A stretch of 64,000 nt of DNA, from assembly GCA_963722145.1 (NCBI GenBank), contig CAVRLW010000005.1:70773-134772 (forward strand), written 5' to 3'. The notes beneath the pieces are model-generated. The model made no database searches and had not been told where the DNA came from. It was given only the letters and a program-made list of their open reading frames with translations. The position numbers and the translations under genes are program-made. This document shows, piece by piece, positions 28,555 through 39,135 of this stretch (position 1 is its first letter; each line of letters begins with the position of its first letter). The stretch comes from an uncultured Actinomycetota bacterium (GTDB taxonomy: Bacteria; Actinomycetota; Actinomycetes; Actinomycetales; Micrococcaceae).

Positions 28555-30147
28555 TCACATGTCCGCGAGCGCCGACCCCGGGTTCTCGATCGCGTCGGCC
28601 ACATAGCGCAGGAATCCGCCGGCCGTGCCGCCGTCGCACACCCGGTGGTCGAAGGTGAGGGTCAGCTCGGTGACCTTGCGGACCGCGAGTTCGCCGTTGA
28701 CCACCCAGGGCTTGTCGATGATCCGCCCGACGCCGAGGATCCCCACTTCGGGGTGGTTGATGATCGCGGCGGAACCGTCAACCCCGAACACACCGTAGTT
28801 GTTCAGCGTGAAGGTGCCGCTGCCCAGCTCCGCCGGGGTCGCCTTGCCCTCACGCACGACGGCGGTGAGGCGGCGGATCTCGGCGTCCAGTTCGCGGGCG
28901 CTGAGCTTGTCCGCGTTCCGCACCGACGGCACCATCAGTCCGCGGTCGGTCTGCGCCGCGAAACCGAGATTGACGCCGTCGAAGGCCACAATCTCCTGCA
29001 TCATGCCGCCCGCAGCATCCTCGGTGGTCACGATCCGGGTGTTCAGCTCCGGGAACTTCTTCAGCCCCGCGGTGACGAACCGGGCGATGAAAGCCAGCAG
29101 GCCCGGGGTGTTGTGCGGGTCCGCTTTCTTCAGCGCGGCACGCATCTCCACGAGCGCCGTGGCGTCCACGTCCACCCACACCGTGGCTTCCGGGATCTCG
29201 GACCGGCTGCGCGTCATGTTCGCCGCGACGGCCTTGCGCACGCCACGGACCGCTGTGCGTCCGGAAATGCCCAGCCCGGTGCGCGCGTCGGTGCCGGACG
29301 CCGCGGCCGGCTCCACGGCCGGGCGCTCCACCACCGGTGACGGCTTAATGACTGCCTCGACATCGCGCCGCATGATGAGCCCGCTGGCCCCCGACCCTTG
29401 GAGTTCCCCCAAATCAACCCCATGATCGCGCGCCATCCGGCGAACCAGCGGAGAAATAACAGCCCCCAGCTTCCCGGGCACCCGCGTCCGCAGCAGCACC
29501 AGGTCATCGGCAGCCTTCTCGGCAGCAGACACCCCGCTGACAGACTCAACCACCGCAGCCCGCTTAGGTGCCCGGGTCCGCCGAGCAACCCCATGCCCTC
29601 CCGGAGTCCCGTAACCGATCAGGACATTCCCAGACCCAGCCTTCTCCTCCTCGCGGTAAGCCTCAGCGGCAACAGCAGCCGGCGAAGAAGCAGAAGGGGC
29701 GGCGGCCGTTGAGCCAGCAGCGAAACCAGCCGGCGCGGATGATGCCGCCCCGGGAGTGGCATCGGGCCTGTCGGAGCCGGACGGCATGCTGCTTGCAGCA
29801 ATGCCGTCCGGCGAAGGGGCGGGGGCGGCATCATCCGCGGCGGCGCCACCGACGGAGGCGGCATCATCCGCGCCGGCCCCACCGGAGGCGGCCCCCCCAG
29901 CACCAACGGGCATCACCGAGATCAGAGGCTTGCCGACGTCGAGCGTCTGGCCGGGTTCGCCGTGCAGCACGGCCACGGTGCCGGCGTACGGCGAGGGCAC
30001 CTCCACCATGGACTTGGCGGTCTCCACCTCGGCGATCGGTTGGTCCACGCGGATCTCGTCGCCCACGGCTACCAGCCAGTTCACGAGCTCGGCTTCGGTG
30101 AGGCCTTCGCCCAGGTCCGGCAGGAGGAATACTTTCGGTTCGCTCAT
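28555..30147 (-). CDS. bkdC: 2-oxoacid dehydrogenase E2, dihydrolipoamide acyltransferase
   Basis: One lipoyl domain (ETAKS), E3-binding domain (SPLVRRMA), FDHRVCDG; start ATG 30147. Confidence 0.9.
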   Translation of the reverse strand: MSEPKVFLLPDLGEGLTEAELVNWLVAVGDEIRVDQPIAEVETAKSMVEVPSPYAGTVAVLHGEPGQTLDVGKPLISVMPVGAGGAASGGAGADDAASVGGAAADDAAPAPSPDGIAASSMPSGSDRPDATPGAASSAPAGFAAGSTAAAPSASSPAAVAAEAYREEEKAGSGNVLIGYGTPGGHGVARRTRAPKRAAVVESVSGVSAAEKAADDLVLLRTRVPGKLGAVISPLVRRMARDHGVDLGELQGSGASGLIMRRDVEAVIKPSPVVERPAVEPAAASGTDARTGLGISGRTAVRGVRKAVAANMTRSRSEIPEATVWVDVDATALVEMRAALKKADPHNTPGLLAFIARFVTAGLKKFPELNTRIVTTEDAAGGMMQEIVAFDGVNLGFAAQTDRGLMVPSVRNADKLSARELDAEIRRLTAVVREGKATPAELGSGTFTLNNYGVFGVDGSAAIINHPEVGILGVGRIIDKPWVVNGELAVRKVTELTLTFDHRVCDGGTAGGFLRYVADAIENPGSALADM

Positions 30148-30149
30148 GG

Positions 30150-31262
30150 TCAGTCTTCCCACTGGAGGTCGTCAACGGCGTCGAGGATGCGGTCCACGCC
30201 GGGCAGGTAGTAGTGCTCAAGCTTCGGCGCCGGATACGGGACGTCGAAGCCGGTGACGCGGCGGATCGGTGCGGCCAGGTGGTGGAAACAGCGTTCCTGA
30301 ACCCGGGCGACGATCTCCGAGGCCACGGACGCGAAGCCGTGGGCCTCGGCGATCACCACGGCGCGGCCGGTCTTGCGGACGGAGGCGCAGACGGTCTCGT
30401 CGTCGAACGGCACGATCGAGCGGACGTCGATCACTTCCAGGGAGCGGCCTTCCTCGGCCGCGGCGGCCGCGGCGGCGAGCGCCGTCGGGACGGACGGCCC
30501 GTAGGCGATCAGGGTGGCGTCGGTGCCGGGGCGGGCGACGGCGGCCCGGCCCTCGGAGGACGTGCCGCGCTCGGTGTTCGCGGCGTGCTCGGCGCGCAGC
30601 GCGTCCAGGTCCACCTGGTCCTTGGACCAGTACAGCTTCTTGGGCTCCATGAACATGACGGGGTCGTCGGAGTCGATGGCTTCGCGGAGCATCCGGTAGC
30701 CGTCGGCCACGGTGGCGGGAGTGAAGACCTTCAGGCCGGCGGTGTGCGCGTAGTAGGCCTCGGAGGAGTCGCAGTGGTGCTCCACTCCCCCGATGCCGCC
30801 GGCATAGGGAACCCGGATGACCATGGGCAGCTTCACGGCGCCCTTGGTGCGGTTGTGCATCTTGGCGACGTGGCTGACGATCTGTTCAAAGGCCGGGTAG
30901 GCGAACGCGTCGAACTGCATCTCGATGACCGGGCGCATGCCGTTCATGGCCATGCCCACGGCCATGCCGACGATGCCGGATTCGGCCAGCGGGGTGTCGA
31001 AGCAGCGGCTCGTGCCGAAGGTCTTGGTGAGCCCGTCCGTGATGCGGAAGACGCCGCCGAGCATACCGACATCCTCGCCGAAGACCAGAACGGAAGGGTC
31101 CGCGTGCATGGCGTCGGCCATCGCGGTGTTAAGGGCCTTGGCAAGCGTGATGGTCTGCGGGCCGGTCGACTCGGCGGTGGCTGCAGCCTTGGCGGCCGCC
31201 CGGGCAGTCGCCGCGCTGACGTTGCCGTTCGCCTCTGAGGACGTGGTGATGGTGGGGCTCAT
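30150..31262 (-). CDS. bkdB: 2-oxoacid dehydrogenase E1 beta subunit
   Basis: [28 protein letters not shown]. Confidence 0.92.
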   Translation of the reverse strand: MSPTITTSSEANGNVSAATARAAAKAAATAESTGPQTITLAKALNTAMADAMHADPSVLVFGEDVGMLGGVFRITDGLTKTFGTSRCFDTPLAESGIVGMAVGMAMNGMRPVIEMQFDAFAYPAFEQIVSHVAKMHNRTKGAVKLPMVIRVPYAGGIGGVEHHCDSSEAYYAHTAGLKVFTPATVADGYRMLREAIDSDDPVMFMEPKKLYWSKDQVDLDALRAEHAANTERGTSSEGRAAVARPGTDATLIAYGPSVPTALAAAAAAAEEGRSLEVIDVRSIVPFDDETVCASVRKTGRAVVIAEAHGFASVASEIVARVQERCFHHLAAPIRRVTGFDVPYPAPKLEHYYLPGVDRILDAVDDLQWED

Positions 31263-32482
31263 TTGCCGGCCTCCCTTGAGGTGGATGCGGCGTCGCGGGC
31301 CAGTTCGTCGGCGAGCATGGCTGACTGTTCCTTCAGCTGTGGGGTGGGGGCGGAGAAGACGTATTTGAAGAGGTCCTGCGGTTCCACCGGGACCTCTTCG
31401 CTGAGGCCTTCGCGCAGCTGCGTGGCAACCGCCTCCGCCTTTTCGGCGATCCGGGCGGCGCGGTCATCGTCGAGCAGACCGCGGTCCGTCAGGTAGGTCT
31501 GCATCCGGCTCAGCGGGTCCTTGGCCACCCATTCGGCGACTTCGCTGTCCTGCCGGTACCGGGTGGCGTCGTCGGCGTTGGTGTGCGCCTGCATCCGGTA
31601 GGTGTGCGCCTCCACCAGCAGCGGACCGGAGCCTTCCCGGGCGAGCTTGACGGCCCGGGAGAGGACTGCGAGCAGGGCCACGATGTCGTTGCCGTCCACG
31701 CGTTCGCCGGCCATGCCGTAGCCCACGGCCTTGTGGGCGAGCGAGGGCGCAACAGACTGGTGCGCCAGCGGCACGGAGATCGCGTACTGGTTGTTCTGGA
31801 CGAAGAAGACCACTGGCAGGTGGAAAACGGCGGCGAAGTTCAGGGCTTCGTGGAAGTCGCCTTCGCTTGTGGCACCATCGCCGCACATGGCCAGGACCAC
31901 GGTGTCCTCGCCGCGCAGCTTGGCGGCGTGGGCAACGCCGACGCCGTGCAGCAGCTGGGTGGTCAACGGGGTGCACTGGATGCCGACCTTGTTCTTGGCG
32001 GGGTCGTAGCCGCTGTGCCAGTCGCCGCGGAAGAGCGTCATGGTCTGGACAGGATCCACGCCGCGGGCCATCACGGCCACGGAGTCACGGTAGGTGGGGA
32101 ACAGCCAGTCACCGTCGGCAAGGCACAGCGCTGCGGCTACCTGGCATGCTTCCTGGCCGTGGCTGGAGGGGTAGACAGCCATGCGGCCCTGCCGGACCAG
32201 CGCGGAGTTCTGGTCATTGACACGGCGGCCGACGACGAGCTGTTCGTACGCGGCCAACAGTTCGGCCTCGCTGGGCAGGCTGTATTCGTGCCCGGGCTGG
32301 GTGCCCTGCTCCGTGTGGGGATTCAGGGTGCCGTCGGGGCCGACCATCTGGATCTGGTGGCGGGCCGGGAGCATGTAGTCCTCAACCGTGATGCCGAACT
32401 TGCTCACGGCATCACTCGCGGGATTTTGCTGCGCGGCCTGCTGCGCGTGTTGCTGCGCAGCGTGGTCTGCGGAGATCGTCAT
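31259..32482 (-). CDS. bkdA: 2-oxoacid dehydrogenase E1 alpha subunit (branched-chain type)
   Basis: GDGATSEGD...QNN ThDP motif, YRMQAHTNADD; divergent Lrp regulator as in Streptomyces bkd clusters. Confidence 0.88.
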   Translation of the reverse strand: MTISADHAAQQHAQQAAQQNPASDAVSKFGITVEDYMLPARHQIQMVGPDGTLNPHTEQGTQPGHEYSLPSEAELLAAYEQLVVGRRVNDQNSALVRQGRMAVYPSSHGQEACQVAAALCLADGDWLFPTYRDSVAVMARGVDPVQTMTLFRGDWHSGYDPAKNKVGIQCTPLTTQLLHGVGVAHAAKLRGEDTVVLAMCGDGATSEGDFHEALNFAAVFHLPVVFFVQNNQYAISVPLAHQSVAPSLAHKAVGYGMAGERVDGNDIVALLAVLSRAVKLAREGSGPLLVEAHTYRMQAHTNADDATRYRQDSEVAEWVAKDPLSRMQTYLTDRGLLDDDRAARIAEKAEAVATQLREGLSEEVPVEPQDLFKYVFSAPTPQLKEQSAMLADELARDAASTSREAGK

Positions 32483-32640
32483 TGGTCCGTCCTTCTGTAG
32501 CCACTAATCTTTCCCAGTATCCGCCAGCCGCTGTTTCGTATCCACCTCCACCGCAAATCGTGGAGAAGTCCCCAAATTTGCCCTAGTCTGGAAGACAAAT
32601 CGTAAGTGTGAGCTGGATTACCGGCGGAGGTTGTAGACGA

Positions 32641-33105
32641 ATGGCAGAGCTTGAGGCGGAGCAGGTGGCGGTGCCGCTGGACGATGTGGACCGGAACATC
32701 ATTGCGGAGCTGACCCGGGACGGCCGGATGTCGGTGACACAAGTGGCCGAGAACGTCCACATTTCCCGCGCCCACGCCTACACCCGGATCGCCCGGCTCA
32801 CCGGCGAAGGCGTCCTGACCAAGTTCACCGCCCTGGTCGATCCCATCAAGGCCGGCCTGAAGTCTTCTGCCTACGTCACGCTCAAAGTGCGCCAACATTC
32901 CTGGCGAGAGCTGCGCGAACTCCTGCGCGCCATCCCGGAGGTCCATCACATCGCGCTGGTGGGCGGGGACTTCGATGTCATCCTGCTGGTGCGCGCCGTG
33001 GACAACATCGACCTTCGCCGGGTGATCTTCGACCAGCTGCAGTCCATGCCGGGAGTCCTGGACACCCAGACATTCCTGGTGTTCGAAGATGTGGACACAC
33101 GCTAG
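32641..33105 (+). CDS. Lrp/AsnC family regulator (BkdR-like)
   Basis: LDDVDRNIIAELTRDGR HTH and GDFDVIL RAM domain; divergent from E1 alpha. Confidence 0.9.
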   Translation: MAELEAEQVAVPLDDVDRNIIAELTRDGRMSVTQVAENVHISRAHAYTRIARLTGEGVLTKFTALVDPIKAGLKSSAYVTLKVRQHSWRELRELLRAIPEVHHIALVGGDFDVILLVRAVDNIDLRRVIFDQLQSMPGVLDTQTFLVFEDVDTR

Positions 33106-33992
33106 CTAACGAACACTTTCATCCAGGCCCGGAGCTCCTCGCCAAACTCCACCCGGTCGGCCGCGATGGAGATGACCGCCTTGAGGTAGCTGAGTTTGTC
33201 TCCTGTGTCGTACCGGCGGCCCCGGAAGACCACGCCGTAGACGCCGCCGCCCTCGCAGTCGGACACGGCAAGGGTCTGCAGCGCATCGGTGAGCTGGATC
33301 TCGCCGCCGCGGCCGGGCGGGGTGTCCTCCAGGACATCGAAAATCTCCGGATGCAGGACGTACCGGCCGATCACGGCCAGGTTCGACGGGGCATCGGCGA
33401 CGCTGGGTTTCTCCACGAGCCGGTTGACCCGCACATGGTTCTGGCCCGGCACCGCCGAAATGTCGGCGCAGCCGTAGGCACTGATTTCCGCCGGATCCAC
33501 CTCGATCAAGGCCACGACGGAGCCGCCGGTCCGGGCCTGGACGTCCATCATCGAGGTCAGCAGATCGTCCCGCTCGTCGATCAGGTCATCGCCCAGCAGG
33601 ACGGCGAACGGTTCGTACCCCACGTGTTGGCGGGCGCAGAGGACTGCATGGCCGAGCCCTTTCGGGTCGCCCTGGCGCACGTAGTGCAGCGGGCCCAGGC
33701 TGGAGGCATGGCGGACGGCCTCCAGCCGGTCGACGTCGCCCTTGCGTTCGAGGGCGCTTTCCAGCGAGGGCTCGCGGTCGAAGTGGTCCTCCAGCGCCCG
33801 CTTCTGGCGCCCGGTAACCATCAGCAGATCGGTCAGCCCGGCCCGGACGGCTTCCTCCACAACGTATTGGATGGCCGGCTGGTCGACCACCGGCAACATT
33901 TCCTTGGGCATGGCCTTAGTGGCCGGCAGGAAGCGTGTTCCCAGTCCCGCAGCGGGTATGACAGCTTTAGTTACAGATCTCCCCAGACTCAT
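33102..33992 (-). CDS. galU: UTP--glucose-1-phosphate uridylyltransferase
   Basis: AVIPAAGLGTRFLPATKAMPKEMLP, GLGHAV, EKP, GEIQLTDAL. Confidence 0.95.
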   Translation of the reverse strand: MSLGRSVTKAVIPAAGLGTRFLPATKAMPKEMLPVVDQPAIQYVVEEAVRAGLTDLLMVTGRQKRALEDHFDREPSLESALERKGDVDRLEAVRHASSLGPLHYVRQGDPKGLGHAVLCARQHVGYEPFAVLLGDDLIDERDDLLTSMMDVQARTGGSVVALIEVDPAEISAYGCADISAVPGQNHVRVNRLVEKPSVADAPSNLAVIGRYVLHPEIFDVLEDTPPGRGGEIQLTDALQTLAVSDCEGGGVYGVVFRGRRYDTGDKLSYLKAVISIAADRVEFGEELRAWMKVFVS

Positions 33993-34089
33993 AACCGAAC
34001 TTTACAAGCGGGTTGCGGAAATGAGAATGCTTCGAGGCAAAGACGAGTACCCGGACATTCCGTGCTTACGGACCCCGTCGGGCCGCATG

Positions 34090-34869
34090 TCAGCCCTTGA
34101 AAACCGGGCTGCGCTTCTCCTGGAAGGCGCGGAAACCCTCGGCGTAGTCCTCGCTCTTGCACAGCCGTGCCTGCTCCGCGTTTTCCTCTTCCATGGCCTC
34201 CCACAGCCCCAGCCGCTGGTCACGGATGTGCGCCACGAGCTCCTTGCTGGCCCTGAACGCACCCGTGGCGCCGGTGGCAACGCCGGCCACGATGGCCCGG
34301 GTATTCTCCAGCAGTTCCGCCGCGGGCATGGCCCTGCTGAACAGGCCCTGCGCCACGGCGTCGGTGCCGCTCATGAGCTCGGCCGTGTAGATCAGGTCCA
34401 GGGTCCGGTGCATGCCAAGGCGCTCGGTGAAATACCAGTGCCCGCCGGAATCGAGGGTGGCGCCGAGCTTGGCGAACGGCGAGCCGAACTTGGCATTCTC
34501 CGCCACGTAGACCACGTCCGTGGCCAGCAGCAGGCCCAGCCCCACGCCGAGGCAGGCGCCCTGGGCCGCGGCGAACGTGGGCGCGGGGAAGGCGCTCATT
34601 TTCTTGAGCAGGGGCTGGACGAGTCCGCCCAGGTAGGCCTGCGCGTCGTCGCTCTCCGGGGTCACGCCGGCAATGTCCCGGCCGGCGCAGAAGGCGCGGC
34701 CCTCACCGCGGAGCAGCAGTGCCCGGACCTCGCCGCGTGCGGCGGCGTCAGCGGCGTCGTCGTACGCCCGGGACAAATCCGCCAGTGCCTGCTCGTCGAG
34801 CGAGTTCAGCTTGTGCGGGGCATCGAGTACGACCTCGGCGACGCCGTCGGCAATGGAGAGGGAAATCAT
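34090..34869 (-). CDS. Enoyl-CoA hydratase/isomerase (PaaG-like)
   Basis: AFCAGRD, GACLGVG, DSGG crotonase motifs; follows paaE. Confidence 0.8.
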   Translation of the reverse strand: MISLSIADGVAEVVLDAPHKLNSLDEQALADLSRAYDDAADAAARGEVRALLLRGEGRAFCAGRDIAGVTPESDDAQAYLGGLVQPLLKKMSAFPAPTFAAAQGACLGVGLGLLLATDVVYVAENAKFGSPFAKLGATLDSGGHWYFTERLGMHRTLDLIYTAELMSGTDAVAQGLFSRAMPAAELLENTRAIVAGVATGATGAFRASKELVAHIRDQRLGLWEAMEEENAEQARLCKSEDYAEGFRAFQEKRSPVFKG

Positions 34870-34908
34870 GGGACTCCTTGGATTCGAAAAGGCGGGCGCC
34901 GAAAAAAC

Positions 34909-36147
34909 CTAGACGTCGAAGTCGACCGTGACTTCCGGGGTGGTGGGGTGGGACTGGCAGGTCAGGACGTAGCCCTTGTCGAGCTCGTCCTGCTCCAGGG
35001 CGTAGTTCTCGTCCATGGTGACATTGCCGCTGACCAACTTGGCCCGGCAGGTGCCGCAAACGCCGCCGGCGCACGCGAACGGCACATCGGGGCGGACCCG
35101 GAGGGCGGCGTTGAGGATGGATTCGCGGGCGTGGGTGGGGCTCGCCACCTCGCCCTGCAGACCGTCCAGCTTGAACGTGATCTTGTAGGTCTCCTTGGAT
35201 TCGTCCGCTATCACCGGCCGGCCAATGTTGCCCTCGGGGCGGTCCGGCTTGCCGGAGGTGAACAGCTCGAAGCGGACGTGCTCCGGGGCAACGCCGCGCG
35301 CGGCGAGTGTGTCCCGGCACAGCTGGACGAGTTCGAACGGGCCGCAGAGGAACCACTCGTCGACGTCGTCAGCGTGGATGGCGGTGCCCAGCAGCGCCTG
35401 CAGCTTCTCGGCGTCGATCCTGCCGCTGAGCAGCGGCGCGATCCGCTGTTCACGCGAGAGCACGTGGTGCAGCGCCAGCCGGGCAGGGTATTTGTCCTTC
35501 AGGTCCGCGAGTTCTTCGAGGAACATCACGTCCATGGCCGCCTTGTTGGCGTAGATGAGGTCGAAACGGGTCTCCGGGTGGGCCGCCAGCAAGGTGCGCG
35601 CGATGGCGATCACGGGGGTGATGCCGGAGCCGGCGGCGATCGCGACGAACGAGCCGGGCTCCCCTGCCAGCTCCGTGGCCATGTCCTGAGGATGGTTCAT
35701 GGAGTTCATGACGTTCTGTTCCACGGACTTGCCGTCGCGGCCGTGCTTGGAGATAAAGGCGCCCATGGGGCTCATGACGTCCAGGACGTCGCCCGCCTCG
35801 AGTTCGGCGTTGGCCCAGGTGGAGAACAGGCCCCCGAGGTCTTTCTTGATGGCCACTCGGATTTCGCTGCTGCCGTCCGCGAAACTGCGCGGTTCGGCAC
35901 AGATCGAGTAGCTGCGGCGGATCTCGTGCGGCTGGCCGTCGGCGTCGGGCAGGGTGGTGCGCAGCGCGACGTACTGGCCCGGCAGGTAGTCGAACTGTCC
36001 GGCGAGCTCGGCCGGGACCCCGAACGTCACCTCGATGGCGTCGTCGGTGAGCCGGCGGACCTCGTCCACCGTCAGGGGGTGGAAGGACGCACGACGGCGG
36101 CCGGTGGCTGCGGCCGACTCCGCGGCGGTCTGGCGGACAACCTTCAT
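34909..36147 (-). CDS. paaE: Phenylacetyl-CoA epoxidase reductase subunit
   Basis: RSYSIC, AGSGITP, CGP, and 2Fe-2S CAGGVCGTC...C. Confidence 0.92.
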   Translation of the reverse strand: MKVVRQTAAESAAATGRRRASFHPLTVDEVRRLTDDAIEVTFGVPAELAGQFDYLPGQYVALRTTLPDADGQPHEIRRSYSICAEPRSFADGSSEIRVAIKKDLGGLFSTWANAELEAGDVLDVMSPMGAFISKHGRDGKSVEQNVMNSMNHPQDMATELAGEPGSFVAIAAGSGITPVIAIARTLLAAHPETRFDLIYANKAAMDVMFLEELADLKDKYPARLALHHVLSREQRIAPLLSGRIDAEKLQALLGTAIHADDVDEWFLCGPFELVQLCRDTLAARGVAPEHVRFELFTSGKPDRPEGNIGRPVIADESKETYKITFKLDGLQGEVASPTHARESILNAALRVRPDVPFACAGGVCGTCRAKLVSGNVTMDENYALEQDELDKGYVLTCQSHPTTPEVTVDFDV

Positions 36148-36162
36148 GGAGGCACCTGTTCC

Positions 36163-36753
36163 TTACAAAACTTTGAAGTAGTCGAACGGTTCCTTGCAGT
36201 CCTGGCACACGTAGAGGGCCTTGCAGGACGTGGAACCGAAGCGGGTGAGTTCTTTGGTGTTCAGCGATGAGCACTGGGGACACTTGACGGCGAGCGCGAG
36301 CCGGACCGGGCCGGCGTGCCGGACTGGTTTTCCATCAACAGCTGTCTGGCCGGACGGCGGGGCGATCCCGTACTGCTCCAGCTTGGCCTTGCCGTCCTCG
36401 CTCATCCAGTCGGTGGTCCAGGCCGGGGACAGGACAAGTTCGATCCGGACGCTCGGGTATCCCGCGCTGTGGAAGGCCGCGGTGAGGTCATCCCGAATGG
36501 CGTCCATGGCGGGGCAGCCGGAGTAGGTCGGGGTGATGGTGACCTGGACGGCGGGAACCATCCCGCCGTCGTCAGTGCTTGGTTCCTTCGAAACCTGGAC
36601 ATCGCGCAGGATGCCGAGATCAGCAATGGTGAGGACCGGGATTTCGGGGTCGCACACTGTGGCAGCCACCGCCCAGGCCTTCTCTTGGGCGGTGTTGCCC
36701 TTGGCGGCGTTGCGGCGCTCAGCGGTTTCCGGGTCGGAGACAAACATTTCCAT
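36163..36753 (-). CDS. paaD: Phenylacetyl-CoA epoxidase subunit PaaD
   Basis: DPEIPVL, TPTYSGCPA, CPQC...CQDCKEPFDYFK. Confidence 0.93.
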   Translation of the reverse strand: MEMFVSDPETAERRNAAKGNTAQEKAWAVAATVCDPEIPVLTIADLGILRDVQVSKEPSTDDGGMVPAVQVTITPTYSGCPAMDAIRDDLTAAFHSAGYPSVRIELVLSPAWTTDWMSEDGKAKLEQYGIAPPSGQTAVDGKPVRHAGPVRLALAVKCPQCSSLNTKELTRFGSTSCKALYVCQDCKEPFDYFKVL

Positions 36754-36758
36754 GGTGC

Positions 36759-37679
36759 CTACCAGCTGGCTCCGGGGTACTCGCGGGCGAGCACCTGCAT
36801 CTCGGCGAGGATGTAGCCGAGGTGTTCAGAGTGCTGGCCGCGGCGTCCCCCGCCCGGTGTTGGCTGCACGTTGGGAACCTCGAGTTCCACTTCGGCCAGG
36901 ACCTCGCCGGTGAGCCGGTCGAAGTCCTCGCGCAGGCTCGACGGTTGGGGCGCGGCGCCGGCTTCGCTGAGGCGTCCGGTGAGCTCGTCGTCGTGGAACA
37001 GCTCGTCCACGTAGGGCCAGATGACTTTGAACGCGTGGATCATGCGCTGGCGCGATTCGTCCGTGCCGAGGGCCAGGCGCAGGACCCACTGGGCGCTGTG
37101 GTCCCGGTGGTAGTCCACTTCCTTGACCGCCTTGGCGGCGATGCCGGCCAGGGTGGAGTCGGTGGAGGACGTCAGCTGGCGGTAGAGCTCGAACTGGTAG
37201 TAGCTGACCACGAACTGCCTTGCAATGGTGACGGCGAAGTCCCCGTTCGGCTGTTCGAAGAGCGCCGCCGAGCGGAACTCGTGCTCGCGGCGGAAGTAGG
37301 CGAGATCGTCTTCGCTGCGCCCGTCCAGTCCGCCGGCGTAGCTGAGCAGGGACCGGGCGTGGCCGAGTTGGTCCAAGGCGATGTTGCCGAGGGCGACGTC
37401 CTCTTCGAGTTCCGGCGCGCGGGAGATCCAGTGGCCGAGCCGCTGGGCCAGGATCAGGGCGTCGTCGCCCAGGCGCAGGGCGAACTCGGCAACGTCTTCG
37501 CCCGGCTTCGCGGCGCCGCGGCTGACGGCCAGCGCGATGTCTTCGGGGCGGAGGGCGTTGCCGGGAGTGATGCGGGTGGCGCTCGCGGTGCCGTCACCGC
37601 TGGCGCCGGCACCGGATACACCGACGGAGATGTCGCCGTGTCCGCTGTCTTGCATGTCTGTTTCAGGCTGGGTGCTCAC
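36759..37679 (-). CDS. paaC: Phenylacetyl-CoA epoxidase subunit PaaC
   Basis: LGDDALILAQRL, APELEEDVALGNIALD, KEVDYHRDH. Confidence 0.93.
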   Translation of the reverse strand: MSTQPETDMQDSGHGDISVGVSGAGASGDGTASATRITPGNALRPEDIALAVSRGAAKPGEDVAEFALRLGDDALILAQRLGHWISRAPELEEDVALGNIALDQLGHARSLLSYAGGLDGRSEDDLAYFRREHEFRSAALFEQPNGDFAVTIARQFVVSYYQFELYRQLTSSTDSTLAGIAAKAVKEVDYHRDHSAQWVLRLALGTDESRQRMIHAFKVIWPYVDELFHDDELTGRLSEAGAAPQPSSLREDFDRLTGEVLAEVELEVPNVQPTPGGGRRGQHSEHLGYILAEMQVLAREYPGASW

Positions 37680-37978
37680 AGGTGCTTCACGCCCTCACTC
37701 TTGGTGTAGTACGTGGCGTGGCGGTAGTCCTTGCCCTGCGGGGATTCAAAGAAGGAACCCTTGGAATCGGGGTCGCTGGAGGCGATGGCCTCGGCCGGGA
37801 CCACCCAGATGGACACCCCTTCGTTGCGGCGGGTGTAGAGGTCCCGGGCGTTGCGCAGGGCCATGGCCGCGTCGGGTGCGTGCAGGGATCCTGCGTGGAC
37901 GTGGGACAGGCCGCGGCTGGAGCGGACGAATACTTCCCAGATGGGCCAGACGTTTCCTGATTGAGGCTCTGTTGTCAT
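37676..37978 (-). CDS. paaB: Phenylacetyl-CoA epoxidase subunit PaaB
   Basis: [45 protein letters not shown]; ATGA overlap with paaA. Confidence 0.93.
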   Translation of the reverse strand: MTTEPQSGNVWPIWEVFVRSSRGLSHVHAGSLHAPDAAMALRNARDLYTRRNEGVSIWVVPAEAIASSDPDSKGSFFESPQGKDYRHATYYTKSEGVKHL

Positions 37979-39000
37979 GCTGCTGATTCCTTCTGCTTGC
38001 GGCTCTGCTTTTCCGCGTATGCGGCCGCGGCTTCGCGCACCCACGCGCCGTTCTGGTGTGCCTCGCGGCGCCGTTCCAGGCGCTGGGCGTTGCAGGGGCC
38101 GCGGCCGGCCAGGACTTCATGGAATTCAGCCCAGTCCAGCGGCCCGTGCTCCCACTTCTTGGTTTCCTCGTTGAAGCGGATGTCCTTGTCCGGCAGCGTC
38201 AGGCCGAGGACCTTGACCTGCTCCATCATCATGCCGACAAACCGGTTGCGGAGCTCGTCATTGCTGAATCGCTTGATGTTCCAGGCCATGGACTGCTTGG
38301 AGTTGGGCGAGTCGTCATCCGGCGGGCCAAACATCATCAGGGCCGGGGCGTACCAGCGGTTTACCGCGTCCTGCGCCATCTGCTTCTGTTCGGGCGTGCC
38401 GTGGGAGAGTTCCAGCAGGATCTCGAAGCCCTGGCGCTGGTGGAAGGACTCTTCCTTGCAGACCCGCACCATGGCCCGGCCGTAGGGGCCGAAGGATGCG
38501 CGGCAGAGCGGCACCTGATTGGCAATCGCGGCGCCGTCGACCATCCAGCCGATGGCACCCATGTCGGCCCATGTGCGGGCCGGGTAGTTAAAGATGGAGG
38601 AGTATTTGGCCTTGCCGTCCATCAGGTCCTGCATCATCTGATCGCGCGGCTGGCCGAGGGTTTCGGCGGCGGAGTAGAGATAGAGTCCATGGCCGGCCTC
38701 GTCCTGGACCTTGGCCATGAGGATGGCCTTGCGCTTCAGGCTCGGGGCGCGGGAGATCCAGTTGGCTTCGGGCTGCATGCCAATGATCTCCGAGTGGGCG
38801 TGCTGCGAGATCTGGCGCAGGAGCGTTTTGCGGTAGGCCGGCGGCATCCAGTCACGCGGCTCGATCCGGGAATCCTCCGCCATGACCTTGTCGAAGTAGG
38901 CCTGGCCCTCGGCGTCAAGCCGGGCCGCGTCTTCGGGGCTCGGTTCATGCCGTGCCGGCGATGGCTCGGCGGGCACTGACTGCAGGGTCTGCGATGCCAT
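37975..39000 (-). CDS. paaA: Phenylacetyl-CoA epoxidase subunit PaaA
   Basis: [32 protein letters not shown]. Confidence 0.95.
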   Translation of the reverse strand: MASQTLQSVPAEPSPARHEPSPEDAARLDAEGQAYFDKVMAEDSRIEPRDWMPPAYRKTLLRQISQHAHSEIIGMQPEANWISRAPSLKRKAILMAKVQDEAGHGLYLYSAAETLGQPRDQMMQDLMDGKAKYSSIFNYPARTWADMGAIGWMVDGAAIANQVPLCRASFGPYGRAMVRVCKEESFHQRQGFEILLELSHGTPEQKQMAQDAVNRWYAPALMMFGPPDDDSPNSKQSMAWNIKRFSNDELRNRFVGMMMEQVKVLGLTLPDKDIRFNEETKKWEHGPLDWAEFHEVLAGRGPCNAQRLERRREAHQNGAWVREAAAAYAEKQSRKQKESAA

Positions 39001-39003
39001 GGT

Positions 39004-39053
39004 TGCTCCTAATGAATTTCCGATAAATAATTACCGACCGTTCGTTCAGGATA
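39004..39053. promoter_or_regulatory. Putative tandem PaaR (TetR) operators upstream of paaA
   Basis: ATTACCGA-N8-TCAGGATA at 39030-39053; weaker TGCTCCTAATGAATTTCCGATAAA at 39004-39027 resembles the paaI site. Confidence 0.65.
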
Positions 39054-39135
39054 TGCGGAAGGCCCGAGATGCGTCAAGGACAGGGCCGGTCGCCCGGGCC
39101 CAGCAGGAAGCTAAGGACCGCCGCGCCCAGTACGT

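Noticed and set aside
33742-36270. 842-aa plus-strand ORF and similar long antisense ORFs elsewhere
   Set aside because: Antisense shadows of paaE, the hydratase and other well-supported genes.
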